Source of the DNA: Candidatus Epulonipiscium sp.
GTDB lineage: Bacteria; Bacillota; Clostridia; Lachnospirales; Defluviitaleaceae
Length of the DNA: 64,000 nt
NCBI GenBank assembly: GCA_012518815.1
Contig: JAAYRK010000082.1
Span: 2,465-66,464 of the forward strand
Reading direction: 5' to 3'
The notes below the pieces were generated by a model that saw only the letters and a program-made list of their open reading frames with translations, ran no database searches and had not been told where the DNA came from. Positions 10,526-20,154 of this stretch are shown piece after piece; the stretch's first letter is position 1, and each line of letters starts with the position of its first letter. The translations under genes and the position numbers were made by a program.

Positions 10526-11275
10526 TCACAAATCTATTGAAATTGTTTTTATAAAATCTAAAGTCTTAAATTCTTTTTCAATATGATAGGATATATAACT
10601 TTTTGATATCTCTTCTAGCTCCCTTAAAATAAATTCATCTAGTTCAAAATTAAATAATTTTGATAAATCAGAATGCATTATGTACTTAAGAGTATATAAA
10701 GCAGTTTGAGATAGTTTGTAAGGATGATTATCTTCATTCCTACAATTATCACAAACTATACCTCCCATTTTTACATCAAAACTGTTAATGTTTTCTTGGC
10801 TTCCACAATTTACGCATTCTGTAACTTGAGGCATATATCCAATTAAAGACATTATTCTAAGTTCATATATAACAGAAATTAATCTAGGATTTCTATTAGT
10901 CTTTTCTAAGATAGAAAGAGTTTTTAGGATAAGAAGAAGCAGTTTTTCATTAGCTTCTTCTTCTTGAGTTACAGCATCGAGAAGCTCCAAAAAATAAGAA
11001 GCATAGGTTAATTTAAAGATATCTTTCCCTATGCCGTGAAAGGACTTAATTACCTCTACTTGTTGTATAATATTGTAGTTTCTTCCTGAATATATTAAAA
11101 AGTCGGAATAAGAGAATAACTGACTCCCTGCAATCAAAGGGCTTTTATGTTTTCTTGCCCCTTTTGCAGAAACAGAAATTTTTCCTTTTGATTTTGTAAA
11201 TATCTTAAGTATTTTATCTGACTCTCCCACATATACTTCTCTTAATATAATACCTTTTGTTTTAAACTGTCTCAT
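10526..11275 (-). CDS. recO: DNA repair protein RecO
   Basis: 249 aa with an OB-fold N-terminus (KTKGIILREVYVGESDKILKIFT) and a zinc motif (CVNCGS...CDNC). It lies downstream of yqzL as in Bacillus. Confidence 0.9.
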   Translation of the reverse strand: MRQFKTKGIILREVYVGESDKILKIFTKSKGKISVSAKGARKHKSPLIAGSQLFSYSDFLIYSGRNYNIIQQVEVIKSFHGIGKDIFKLTYASYFLELLDAVTQEEEANEKLLLLILKTLSILEKTNRNPRLISVIYELRIMSLIGYMPQVTECVNCGSQENINSFDVKMGGIVCDNCRNEDNHPYKLSQTALYTLKYIMHSDLSKLFNFELDEFILRELEEISKSYISYHIEKEFKTLDFIKTISIDL

Positions 11276-11277
11276 TA

Positions 11278-11439
11278 TTACTTCTCTTTTCTATCAAACT
11301 TTATATCTTTATCTATTTCAGGAGATAACTCCTTAGAACTTTCTGTATTAAAAAGATTATTATCATACTCTTTTAAAGCTAAATAAGCTTCTATATTTCC
11401 TGTTTTCTTAAATAAATTCCAAAATAATTTATCTGACAT
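11278..11439 (-). CDS. yqzL: YqzL family small protein (53 aa; absent from the ORF track)
   Basis: My translation is MSDKLFWNLFKKTGNIEAYLALKEYDNNLFNTESSKELSPEIDKDIKFDRKEK. The FW..F..TG.I..YL motif and the position directly upstream of recO match YqzL. RBS gggggactcaat precedes the ATG. Confidence 0.8.
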   Translation of the reverse strand: MSDKLFWNLFKKTGNIEAYLALKEYDNNLFNTESSKELSPEIDKDIKFDRKEK

Positions 11440-11544
11440 ATTGAGTCCCCCTATTCTTAATTTGATACTAATAGGGTTTCCTCATCATCTCTTAATATAC
11501 TGCAAAAAACTTACCAACTTAACATACCTTGACAAAAACTTTTA

Positions 11545-12900
11545 TTATATTCCAGTTAACAATTTAACTAAACTAAAATATATAATATTTCCTGTAATAT
11601 CAATAGTAGTTGAAATAAATGGTGCTGAAGCAACAGCAGGGTCAATTCCAACATTTTTAAATACTAAGGGTGCCAAGGTTCCAATTGTAGAAGCAGTTAA
11701 CATATTGGCTGCCATTGCAATACCAACAATAGGACCTAATTGAGGTTGATTAAAGATAAGGCCAGCAACTAAACTAATACAAATACCACATATAATACCA
11801 ATAAATATACCTACTGCAGATTCTCTAAGTAAAATTTTAGATATTTCCTTAGTATTAATTTTCCCTGTAGCAATTCCTCTTACTGTCAAGGTTGAAGACT
11901 GGGTACCGATATTACCTCCCATTCCTGTTAAAGCAGGCATAAACTTAACCAACTCAGCATTAGAACTTATTTGGCTTTCGAAACCTGAAATAACAGCCCC
12001 TGTTATAAAGCTTCCTACTAAAGTAATCATAAGCCAAGGAAGTCTTGATTTTACCGAAGATTTTAAATGAGCAGCTACTGTATCATTTTCGTCATATTCC
12101 ATTTCTCCAGTACCTGCTATTCTAAAGATATCCTCGGTAGCTTCTTCTTCAATAACATCAAGGATATCGTCAACTGTAATAATCCCTTGTAAGATAGTTT
12201 CATTGTCAACTACTGGAATAGCTAGAAGGTCATACTTTGCAACAAGTTTTGCAACCTCTTCTTGGTCTGTATTAACATTTACATATATTACATTACTCTG
12301 CATTATTTCTGAGACAAGTAAATCAGGAGGACTCATAATAATTTCTCTAAGAGATAAAACCCCTACAAGAACTCCAATATAGTCCGTAACATAGACATAG
12401 TATATTGTCTCTGCATCTTTTTCCATATGTCTTAATTCTTCAATTGCCTGATCTATTGTCATATCTTCTCTTACAGAAATAAATTCAGTGGTCATAATAC
12501 CACCGGCAGTATCTTCATTATACTGCATCAAGTCACGGATATCAGTGGCATCATCATGGTCAAAATACTCTATTATCTTTGTTTGCTCACTTTCGGATAA
12601 TTCTCCTAGAATATCAGCCACGTCGTCCAAAGACATTTCATCTAATATCTCAGTCGTCTTTTCTTCAGTAAGATTATCAAGAACAGATGCAAAAGTATCT
12701 CCATCTACTTCATTTAATACTTCTGCAGCAATATCATGGGGGAGAAGTTTAAACAATAATTTTTGTTCCTCTTCCTTTAAATCTGGTAATATTTCTGCTA
12801 TATCTGGAGGATGTAAATCCTCTATCTTTTCAAATAATTCCCTACTGTCTCCTTTTTGAAGAGATGCCTTTATTTTTTCTAGTAAAAGTTCTTTTTCCAT
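11545..12900 (-). CDS. mgtE: Magnesium transporter MgtE
   Basis: It has the MgtE N-domain, two CBS domains and a C-terminal TM domain (GNIGTQSSTLTVRG ... ASAPFISTTIDITG). I prefer the start at MEKELLL (12900, RBS GGGGTGA); the track start is 12918. Confidence 0.9.
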   Translation of the reverse strand: MEKELLLEKIKASLQKGDSRELFEKIEDLHPPDIAEILPDLKEEEQKLLFKLLPHDIAAEVLNEVDGDTFASVLDNLTEEKTTEILDEMSLDDVADILGELSESEQTKIIEYFDHDDATDIRDLMQYNEDTAGGIMTTEFISVREDMTIDQAIEELRHMEKDAETIYYVYVTDYIGVLVGVLSLREIIMSPPDLLVSEIMQSNVIYVNVNTDQEEVAKLVAKYDLLAIPVVDNETILQGIITVDDILDVIEEEATEDIFRIAGTGEMEYDENDTVAAHLKSSVKSRLPWLMITLVGSFITGAVISGFESQISSNAELVKFMPALTGMGGNIGTQSSTLTVRGIATGKINTKEISKILLRESAVGIFIGIICGICISLVAGLIFNQPQLGPIVGIAMAANMLTASTIGTLAPLVFKNVGIDPAVASAPFISTTIDITGNIIYFSLVKLLTGI

Positions 12901-12954
12901 GACTTCACCCCATTTCATTACACTATTTTATTGTAGTATAGAGCTGTTTCTTTT

Positions 12955-13860
12955 TTAAATATTTTTTGAATCAAAGCCAAAATTTTTCAAGCTAAAGGAG
13001 TCATCCCTCCAATTTTTCTTTACCTTTACCCAAAGCTCTAGATATACTTTTGAACCTAAAAGTCTTTCTATTTCATATCGTGATTTACTTCCTATTTCTT
13101 TTAACATAGCTCCTTTTTTACCGATAATTATTGCTTTATGGGAATCTCTTTCGCAATAAATAACTGCATTTATATCAACAATATCTTTATTATCTCTTTT
13201 TCTCATTGCTTCAATTTCAACGGCAATTCCATGTGGAATTTCTTGTTCTAACAAATGTAAAGCTTTTTCCCTGATTAGTTCTGCTACCAACTGCCTTTCG
13301 GGCTGATCTGTTATCATGTCTTCAGGAAAATACTGCGGTCCTTCAGGTAATTTATTGCATATCTCTTTTAAAAGATTATCACAATTTTCTCCCGTATATG
13401 CCGAAACAGGAATTATTTCAGAGAAATTGTACAAGTCCTTATAAACATCTATTATTTCCAATAAATCTTGTTTATCTATTGTATCAATTTTATTAATAAC
13501 TAAAATAACGGGAGTTTTAATATCTTCTAATTGTTCTATGACAAATTTATCTCCTTTACCCACCACTTTTGAAGGTTCTACAATTAGTAATATTAAATCT
13601 ACTTCATTAAGGGTATTTTTAGCTGCCTTTACCATGTACTGGCCTAATTTATGCTTTGGCTTATGAATACCAGGAGTATCTATAAATATTACTTGAAAGT
13701 CTTCTCTTGTTAATATACTTTGAATCTTATTTCTAGTAGTCTGAGGTTTATCAGACATAATAGCTACTTTTTCTCCAACCAATTGATTCATTAGAGTTGA
13801 TTTGCCTACATTAGGTCTTCCTATAATAGTTACAAAACCTGAACGAAATCCTAAAGACAA
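12955..13860 (-). CDS. era: GTPase Era
   Basis: 301 aa with G1 GRPNVGKST, DTPG, NKID and a C-terminal KH domain. It has a TTG start with RBS AAGGAGG 7 nt upstream. Confidence 0.95.
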   Translation of the reverse strand: MSLGFRSGFVTIIGRPNVGKSTLMNQLVGEKVAIMSDKPQTTRNKIQSILTREDFQVIFIDTPGIHKPKHKLGQYMVKAAKNTLNEVDLILLIVEPSKVVGKGDKFVIEQLEDIKTPVILVINKIDTIDKQDLLEIIDVYKDLYNFSEIIPVSAYTGENCDNLLKEICNKLPEGPQYFPEDMITDQPERQLVAELIREKALHLLEQEIPHGIAVEIEAMRKRDNKDIVDINAVIYCERDSHKAIIIGKKGAMLKEIGSKSRYEIERLLGSKVYLELWVKVKKNWRDDSFSLKNFGFDSKNI

Positions 13861-14126
13861 TTCTATTCCTCCTTTGTTTTTTACTATAGTATTTCTTTAT
13901 TACAGTTTTATATAGATGATAATTTATAAATCTTAAAATAATTAATTTTATTAACCCTTATTATTTGTAAAAAATGAAATGGCTAAATAGTTAAACCAAT
14001 TTTAATTATATAATTTTACAGGCATAGTTACAATCATTTTGTAATATAAAAAACTTTATGCCTATTCACATTTTTTAACATTCATGTATAAGATATATGG
14101 AAAATAGAAATCAAGGAGTGAATGCT

Positions 14127-14345
14127 ATGCAAGCCATCCCTAATCCAAATGCCCCAATGAATATGGCTAATCCCTATCCAAATCCTATGGCAATGCCCAT
14201 GTATAATATGCCTCCAGAAATCCAACTGGCTAGGGCTTATGTTCCTGATCAACCTTATGAAAGGCTTTTTCCCTTAAATGAAGCTTTAAAAAAGGGAACC
14301 TTATTCCCCAATCTTTATCAGCCCTATATGCAAAAAAGAAATTAG
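14127..14345 (+). CDS. cotJA: Spore coat-associated protein CotJA
   Basis: ARAYVPDQPYERLFPLNEALKKGTLFPNLYQPY is the CotJA signature. I prefer the ATG at 14127 (RBS AAGGAG about 8 nt upstream); the track start is 14097. Confidence 0.85.
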   Translation: MQAIPNPNAPMNMANPYPNPMAMPMYNMPPEIQLARAYVPDQPYERLFPLNEALKKGTLFPNLYQPYMQKRN

Positions 14346-14358
14346 AGGAGGTAAATAT

Positions 14359-14658
14359 ATGAATATAAGCCGGAAAGAATTTTTAAGAAAAATTCAAGAG
14401 CTAGAGTTTGCAGTAATTGAGCTTAATCTTTTTTTAGATACTCATCCTTCTCATCAGCAAGCTTTGGCAGATTACAACAGACTTACTCAGGAATTAATGA
14501 ATGCAAAAGCAATGTATGAAAGACAATATGGCCCCTTGACTAATTTTGGATATGCTCCAAGTCAATATCCTTGGCAATGGGCCCTCACCCCTTGGCCTTG
14601 GGAAGATGATTACGATTGTAAGGAGGATATGCCATGTGGATATATGAAAAAAAGTTAG
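14359..14658 (+). CDS. cotJB: Spore coat protein CotJB
   Basis: 99 aa with LRKIQELEFAVIELNLFLDTHP...AL..YN typical of CotJB. It lies between cotJA and cotJC. Confidence 0.85.
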   Translation: MNISRKEFLRKIQELEFAVIELNLFLDTHPSHQQALADYNRLTQELMNAKAMYERQYGPLTNFGYAPSQYPWQWALTPWPWEDDYDCKEDMPCGYMKKS

Positions 14659-15206
14659 AATACCCAGTAAAAGTTTCAAGCTGTAATCCTACTCTTGCCT
14701 CACTAATTATAGAACAATTTGGTGGTGCAGATGGAGAATTAGCAGCTGCTTTAAGATATCTTACCCAAGTATGGACTATGCCTATCCCCCAAGCTAAGGC
14801 GATTTTGACGGATATTGGGACCGAAGAACTTGCGCATTGGGAAATGATTGGTACCATGGTGTATCAATTAGTAAAAGATTTACCTGAATCAAAAATTGCT
14901 GGAACGCCTTTTGCTGCTCATTATGCTAATCATGGCAAAAGTCCTTTCCCACATAATGCAGCAGGAGCACCCTTTACAGCAACATATTTTAATTCTAAAG
15001 GTGACCCCATTGCAAATATTTATGAAAATATGGCGGCCGAGCAAAAAGCCAGGGCAACTTATGAACATTTAATTAGGCTTAGTGACGATCCAGGAGTTAC
15101 AGATGCTTTGCGATTCTTAAGGGAAAGAGAAATTGTACACTTTCAAAGATTTGGAGAAACAGCAAGACTTCTTCAAGAATATATGGATTCAAAAAGATAT
15201 TATTAA
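14634..15206 (+). CDS. cotJC: Spore coat protein CotJC (manganese-catalase family)
   Basis: 190 aa with GGADGELAAALRYLTQ, GTEELAHWEMIG and LREREIVHFQRF di-metal ligand motifs. RBS AAGGAGGA is present. It overlaps cotJB by 25 nt. Confidence 0.9.
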   Translation: MWIYEKKLEYPVKVSSCNPTLASLIIEQFGGADGELAAALRYLTQVWTMPIPQAKAILTDIGTEELAHWEMIGTMVYQLVKDLPESKIAGTPFAAHYANHGKSPFPHNAAGAPFTATYFNSKGDPIANIYENMAAEQKARATYEHLIRLSDDPGVTDALRFLREREIVHFQRFGETARLLQEYMDSKRYY

Positions 15207-15225
15207 AAATTTATTTTTGAAAAAC

Positions 15226-15251
15226 AAAAACCCTGCTTACGCAGGGTTTTT
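15226..15251. terminator. Bidirectional Rho-independent terminator (cotJC on plus, cdd on minus)
   Basis: aaaaa-ccctgc-ttac-gcaggg-ttttt. Confidence 0.85.
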
Positions 15252-15381
15252 GTTGAATTAACAAGGGGGGAAGTACTTATATGAATACCATTCGACTTTA
15301 CTTAATTATATTTTAATACGTAGTAGCTTCAATGTCCATTTCAATTATATATCATTTATATTTCAATTATATTTCAAAGAC

Positions 15382-15786
15382 TTATTTTTTAAAGTTTTTG
15401 CTGTTTTCTTTCGTAAATCCACAGGGTAATATTTCATCAACTGGATAAACATGTATATCGCCCTTGTCGTTTGCCAAAACTATTTCTGCGTCATGAGAAA
15501 ATTCTGAAATAACTTGTCTACAAATACCGCATGGAAAAGTATAATTTCCAGAGCTACTCATAATTGCAATAGCTTTTATTTCCTTTTCCCCCTCAGATAC
15601 TGCTTTAAAAATTGCAGTTCTTTCTGCACAATTTGTTGCACCAAAAGAAACATTCTCAACATTACATCCAGTATATATTTTCCCGCTCCCCGCTAAAACT
15701 GCTGCCCCCACTTTAAAGTTTGAATAAGGAGCATAAGCATTTTCTTTAGCTTCATTTGCTTTTTTAATTAATTCATTATAATCCAT
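15382..15786 (-). CDS. cdd: Cytidine deaminase
   Basis: It has CAERTAIF and PCGICRQV zinc motifs. I prefer the ATG at 15786 (MDYNEL) because the track GTG at 15795 abuts the RBS AAGAGG. Confidence 0.9.
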   Translation of the reverse strand: MDYNELIKKANEAKENAYAPYSNFKVGAAVLAGSGKIYTGCNVENVSFGATNCAERTAIFKAVSEGEKEIKAIAIMSSSGNYTFPCGICRQVISEFSHDAEIVLANDKGDIHVYPVDEILPCGFTKENSKNFKK

Positions 15787-15817
15787 ATTTATCACGCCTC
15801 TTATCTTTAATTATTTA

Positions 15818-16516
15818 CTAAGGAGATAAAATTCCTCCTGAAACAATTAACTTAATTGCATCCTCAACAGACATATTTAATTTATAAATGTCTTCTTCTT
15901 TTAGCATTAGTAAAAAGCCTGAAGTCGGGTTAGGTGTAGTTGGGACAAATACATTGACTAAGTTTTCTTTTTTAATACTTAAAATTTCAGAAGGTGAAGA
16001 AGTAGTCACAAAGCCAATACTATAGCTTCCTTTATAGGGAAATTGTACAAGGACTACACTTTTAAATGTACTTTTCTTTTTTAAAAATACTGTATCTATA
16101 ATTTGTCTAAAAGCAGTATATATATTAGATACTAAAGGTATTTTAAACATCCAGTTTTCTATGGATTTTAAAAGACTTCTACCAATAACATTAGCTGAAA
16201 TATATCCTGCAAACATAATAATAAAGACAGCTGCAATAAGACCTAAGCCAGGGATATTAGCTTCTTCAAAGGTTATATCTTTATTAAATAGTGAAAAAAA
16301 GAAGACTATTATCTTTGCCATAATTTCCCTAGGAAGTCTGTCTGCAAAATTAAAGACTAAGCTAATGGAAAAAATCGTAAAAGCTATGGGCAAAACTGAT
16401 ACTAGCCCTGATAAAAACAGCCTTCTTAAATCTAAAAAACTTTTCTTAATGATGTCTTCGTTAAACATAGATTTTAAATTCTCTTTGAAGTCGCGAAAGT
16501 TTTTTAACTTTCTCAT
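15818..16516 (-). CDS. DUF502 domain membrane protein
   Basis: 232 aa with two N-terminal TM helices (LSGLVSVLPIAFTIFSI; GLGLIAAVFIIMFAGY) and a C-terminal PTTPNPTSGFLL motif typical of DUF502. Confidence 0.7.
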   Translation of the reverse strand: MRKLKNFRDFKENLKSMFNEDIIKKSFLDLRRLFLSGLVSVLPIAFTIFSISLVFNFADRLPREIMAKIIVFFFSLFNKDITFEEANIPGLGLIAAVFIIMFAGYISANVIGRSLLKSIENWMFKIPLVSNIYTAFRQIIDTVFLKKKSTFKSVVLVQFPYKGSYSIGFVTTSSPSEILSIKKENLVNVFVPTTPNPTSGFLLMLKEEDIYKLNMSVEDAIKLIVSGGILSP

Positions 16517-16544
16517 ACTTGGGTCTCCTTTTATGTCAAATAAT

Positions 16545-17051
16545 TTATCTAGAAAGACCTATGGCTTCAAGAACCTTTTCTTGTTTTTTACACATGATTT
16601 CTTCATCTTCTTCATCTATATGGTCATAACCCATCAAATGAAACATACTATGAGCAACTAAAAATCCAATCTCTCTTTCCAGAGAATGGCCATATTCTTC
16701 TGCTTGTTCCTTAGCCTTTTCAAAAGAAATAATAATATCTCCTAACATTAAATCTCCTGTTTCAGGATTGGTATATTCCTCTAAGCCCTCTAAAGAAAAC
16801 TCTTCAGAGTTTTCAAGATCCACAGAGTCCTCAAATTCTAACAAGGGAAAAGAAAGTACATCAGTTTCTTTATCCATATTTCTATATTCTTTATTTAATT
16901 TTCTTATTTCCGCATTACTAACAAAAGTTATACTCACTTCTACGTCAAGAGGATAAGCTTCTTCCTTAAGAGCTTCAATTATTACATCATTTACTAGCCT
17001 TTTTAGATTCTCGTTTAGCTGAAATTCGTTGTTTTCTATTAAAATATTCAT
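16545..17051 (-). CDS. ybeY: rRNA maturation endoribonuclease YbeY
   Basis: 168 aa with the HSMFHLMGYDH zinc motif. RBS AGAGGAGAAAG lies in front of the ATG at 17051. Confidence 0.92.
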   Translation of the reverse strand: MNILIENNEFQLNENLKRLVNDVIIEALKEEAYPLDVEVSITFVSNAEIRKLNKEYRNMDKETDVLSFPLLEFEDSVDLENSEEFSLEGLEEYTNPETGDLMLGDIIISFEKAKEQAEEYGHSLEREIGFLVAHSMFHLMGYDHIDEEDEEIMCKKQEKVLEAIGLSR

Positions 17052-19173
17052 TTTCTTTCTCCTCTATTTTATCAGGATATTTTATTCTTTCATGATACAT
17101 ACCGTTAAAAACTTTCATAAAAGACTGTACAATTGTTTCCATATCTTTTATGGTAAGATCACTGTCATTTAATTGTCCATCATCTAATTTATCTTTTATA
17201 AGTTTTCTAATTAATTTTTCAGTTTCTTCTTTATTTTTATTTTGAGGGTCCATTGAGCGTACTGCTGCTTCAACAGTATCGGCAAGCATAACAAGTGCTG
17301 CTTCTTTTGTTTGAGGTATAATACCTTGATATGTATAATCTTCCTTTTTTACTTCCTCAGCAGAACTATTTTTTAAGGCTTTATAATAAAAAAATTGAAT
17401 AATGCTTGTCCCATGATGTTGACGGATAATATCTCTTATAGGTCTTGGTAACTTATATTCCGAAGCAATTTTAATTCCGTTACTAATGTGTTGTTGAAGG
17501 ATTTTAGAACTAACTGAAGGCTCCATATAATCATGGGGATTTTCCATCATCTGATTTTCCTTAAAATACTGAGGATAAGACAGTTTTCCAATATCATGAT
17601 AATATCCCCCTACTCTTGCTAATAAGGAATTTGCTCCTATATCAGTAGCTGCTGTTTCTGCTAAATTTGCCACAAGCAAACTGTGATGATAAGTTCCTGG
17701 AGCTTCTATTAATAGTCTTTTTAATAAATGCTGGTCTGGATTTGTCAATTCCATTAGTTTAATAGGTGTAACCACATCAAAAGCAACTTCCCAGAAAGGT
17801 AGACTTCCTGCAGTAATAATAACAGCAAGAACTCCACTTAATATACCATAAAAACCCGAATAAATAATTTCTGCCGAATAAGCACCAATCAAGAAAAACT
17901 GAATGCTTATTAAAGTAATTCCACTAATCATTCCTGCTATAAAACCCATCCAAAGAATTCTACTTCTTTTATAGATATTCGTAACAAGAATAGGAAAAAT
18001 GGTGCCAACTATAATAAAAAACATTAAAAAATCTATTCCTTCTTTATTAATTAAGGCTCCAATTATTGAAATATAACCATTAATAATAATTCCTATTCTA
18101 ACATCCAACAATACAGCTAACAGCATTCCTGCTATAGGAATAGGAATCCAGGCAAAGTGCAATGGTGTCATAGATCTAATAATTATGATAATAATACAAT
18201 ATATTGAAAACAGTAAGAGCATACTTCTTAAGCTTTTCATAATGGTTTTGTTAAAGAACCATATGTAAATATAAATAAAACTCTGTAGTAAACAAATTAA
18301 TAAAATTACTCCTACATACTTTATAGCTTCTTCTCTAAAGTCCTTTTGAATATAACCAAGGCTATCTAGTATGCTGTAAATCTCCTCAGTAATAATTTCT
18401 CCTTCATCTACTATCTTTTGCCCTTGAAGAATCATAACTGGTTCTACTTGCTTTAGGCTTTCTTCTATCATTTTGTTAGTAGCAATTTCATCAATAAAAT
18501 TATTAGGTTGGATTAAAGAAGCAACAATATCATATCCTAAGTTACTCGTTTCCTCATCAGTATAGAAAGCATCAAATTGTCCCTTAACATCCAAAATTGT
18601 CTTTGTTTTCGTTTCCTCTCTTATACCTATATCATATGTCGATTCTAAAATATCAATACATTTAGACTTTAATTCTGTAATATTATTTAGCTCCATTTCG
18701 ATTAAAAGTTTGTATTGCTTGTCTAATAATGGAATAGGAGATTGGGTTCTTAATAAGTCTATTGCTGTCTGCATTTTTTCTTCTTTGCTTATTTCTTGTA
18801 TATTATTTTCACTTTCTATAGTATTTGTATCTTCATTGTTAACTGTGTTATCAGCTGTCGAATCTTCTTTTTCAATATATTCCTTTGCTTCTTTAATTTT
18901 TGTAAATAATACTTCTAATTTGGCAATGGCATCTTCTTTAATTTTAGGATCTTCTTTATATAAAGGCTCAATACTCTTTCTTGCTTCTTCCCTTTTTCTT
19001 TCTGTTGCAAAAATATTTTCTATTTTTCTAGGTGCTGTATATCTTTTTGTCGCAACTGAACCTAATTCTATCTTCTCAGTTTTCCTAAAATGCTCACCAG
19101 TTAAAACAGTAAATATAGTTAATAAAAAAGAAATTAAGACTATTGCTGTTTTTAAAAAACGCCTTCTGCTCAA
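16987..19173 (-). CDS. pgpH: 7TM-HD (HDIG) membrane phosphohydrolase, PgpH/YqfF family
   Basis: 728 aa with a signal/TM segment, an extracellular domain, a 7-TM block and an HD domain (HHSLLVANLAE ... GGYYHDIGK ... IIRQHHG). It lies between phoH and ybeY as in Bacillus. Its 3' end overlaps ybeY by 65 nt. Confidence 0.88.
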   Translation of the reverse strand: MSRRRFLKTAIVLISFLLTIFTVLTGEHFRKTEKIELGSVATKRYTAPRKIENIFATERKREEARKSIEPLYKEDPKIKEDAIAKLEVLFTKIKEAKEYIEKEDSTADNTVNNEDTNTIESENNIQEISKEEKMQTAIDLLRTQSPIPLLDKQYKLLIEMELNNITELKSKCIDILESTYDIGIREETKTKTILDVKGQFDAFYTDEETSNLGYDIVASLIQPNNFIDEIATNKMIEESLKQVEPVMILQGQKIVDEGEIITEEIYSILDSLGYIQKDFREEAIKYVGVILLICLLQSFIYIYIWFFNKTIMKSLRSMLLLFSIYCIIIIIIRSMTPLHFAWIPIPIAGMLLAVLLDVRIGIIINGYISIIGALINKEGIDFLMFFIIVGTIFPILVTNIYKRSRILWMGFIAGMISGITLISIQFFLIGAYSAEIIYSGFYGILSGVLAVIITAGSLPFWEVAFDVVTPIKLMELTNPDQHLLKRLLIEAPGTYHHSLLVANLAETAATDIGANSLLARVGGYYHDIGKLSYPQYFKENQMMENPHDYMEPSVSSKILQQHISNGIKIASEYKLPRPIRDIIRQHHGTSIIQFFYYKALKNSSAEEVKKEDYTYQGIIPQTKEAALVMLADTVEAAVRSMDPQNKNKEETEKLIRKLIKDKLDDGQLNDSDLTIKDMETIVQSFMKVFNGMYHERIKYPDKIEEKENEYFNRKQRISAKRESKKASK

Positions 19174-19182
19174 TATAATCTC

Positions 19183-20154
19183 CTACCTTTTCATCCCTTT
19201 TTTATTTTCATATTTTTCATATGCTTGAATGATCTTTTGTACCAAAGGATGTCTTACTACATCTTTTTTTGTTAAAAGTGCTATGCCAATTCCTTCAATA
19301 TTTTTTAATACCTTAACTGCCTCAACTAATCCAGATTTTTTTCCTGTAGGTAAATCAATTTGAGTAATATCACCTGTTATTACAGCCTTAGAACCAAAAC
19401 CAATACGGGTTAAAAACATCTTCATCTGTTCAGGAGTTGTGTTTTGTGCTTCATCGAGGACAATAAAGGAATTATCTAAGGTTCGGCCTCTCATATAAGC
19501 TAAAGGAGCTACTTCAATAATACCTTTTTCCATGTTTTTTAAAAATGCTTCTGCTCCCATTATCTCATACAGAGCATCATATAAAGGCCTAAGATAAGGG
19601 TCAACCTTACTTTGCAAATCTCCTGGCAAAAATCCTAATTTTTCACCTGCTTCTATTGCGGGTCTAGTTAAAATAATCCTATTTACTTCGTTATTTTTAA
19701 GAGCTGCAATTGCCATGGTCATTGCTAAATAAGTTTTACCTGTTCCTGCAGGACCAACCCCAAAAACTACAGTATTATTCCTTATCATATCAACATAATT
19801 TTTTTGTCCTAAAGTTTTACTTTTAATTGGTTTGCCTTGCACTGTCATACATATAAAGTCAGAATTTACCTGACTATATTCTTTTTCAATGCTGTCATTA
19901 ACTAAAGAAATTATATATTCAATACTTTGTATAGTTATTTCCTCATTTTTTTGAGCCAGGATAACTAATTGATTAAAGGTTCTAAGAGTCTTATTAACAG
20001 CTTCTTCTTCTCCTATAATCTTAATATACTCTCCCCTATTTATTATTTCAACACTAAATGCCCTCTCTATTATTTTTATATTTTCATCAAGTTTTCCAAA
20101 TATCTTAGATATATAATTAGTTGGTATCTGTAGTGTCTTTTCTATCTGTTCCAT
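19183..20154 (-). CDS. phoH: PhoH family ATPase
   Basis: Walker A GPAGTGKTYLA and VLDEAQN are present. I prefer the ATG at 20154 (MEQIEKTL, RBS GGGAGGAAA 7 nt upstream); the track start is 20202. Confidence 0.92.
   Translation of the reverse strand: MEQIEKTLQIPTNYISKIFGKLDENIKIIERAFSVEIINRGEYIKIIGEEEAVNKTLRTFNQLVILAQKNEEITIQSIEYIISLVNDSIEKEYSQVNSDFICMTVQGKPIKSKTLGQKNYVDMIRNNTVVFGVGPAGTGKTYLAMTMAIAALKNNEVNRIILTRPAIEAGEKLGFLPGDLQSKVDPYLRPLYDALYEIMGAEAFLKNMEKGIIEVAPLAYMRGRTLDNSFIVLDEAQNTTPEQMKMFLTRIGFGSKAVITGDITQIDLPTGKKSGLVEAVKVLKNIEGIGIALLTKKDVVRHPLVQKIIQAYEKYENKKGMKR

Noticed and set aside
12488-12859. 123-aa plus-strand ORF inside mgtE. Similar antisense ORFs occur at 11441-11743, 16161-16661, 16768-16956, 18710-19228, 37444-37815, 43098-43391, 55490-55783, 57338-57649 and 58662-58919.
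   Set aside because: All are fully embedded antisense to genes with clear family motifs. None has an RBS or a recognisable domain.
13861-14096. SigE/SigK-type sporulation promoter for cotJABC, and likewise for yqfC at 21711-21773.
   Set aside because: I found only partial matches (for example CATGTATA and TCACATT) with wrong spacing. I cannot support a call by eye.
14494-14857. Two minus-strand ORFs (14494-14679 and 14585-14857) overlapping cotJB/cotJC.
   Set aside because: The plus-strand cotJABC reading frames carry clear family signatures and RBSs. The minus-strand frames have neither.
15263-15316. Strong RBS-like AAGGGGGGAAG followed by an 11-codon ORF (MNTIRLYLIIF) after the cotJC terminator.
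   Set aside because: It lies downstream of a strong terminator and no plus-strand gene follows that it could regulate. It is most likely fortuitous.
15338-15372. Perfect 13-nt direct repeat ATTTCAATTATAT occurring twice, 22 nt apart, downstream of cdd.
   Set aside because: It is a pure AT-rich sequence in a non-promoter position between a stop codon and the terminator. I could find no associated feature, so I treat it as low-complexity duplication.
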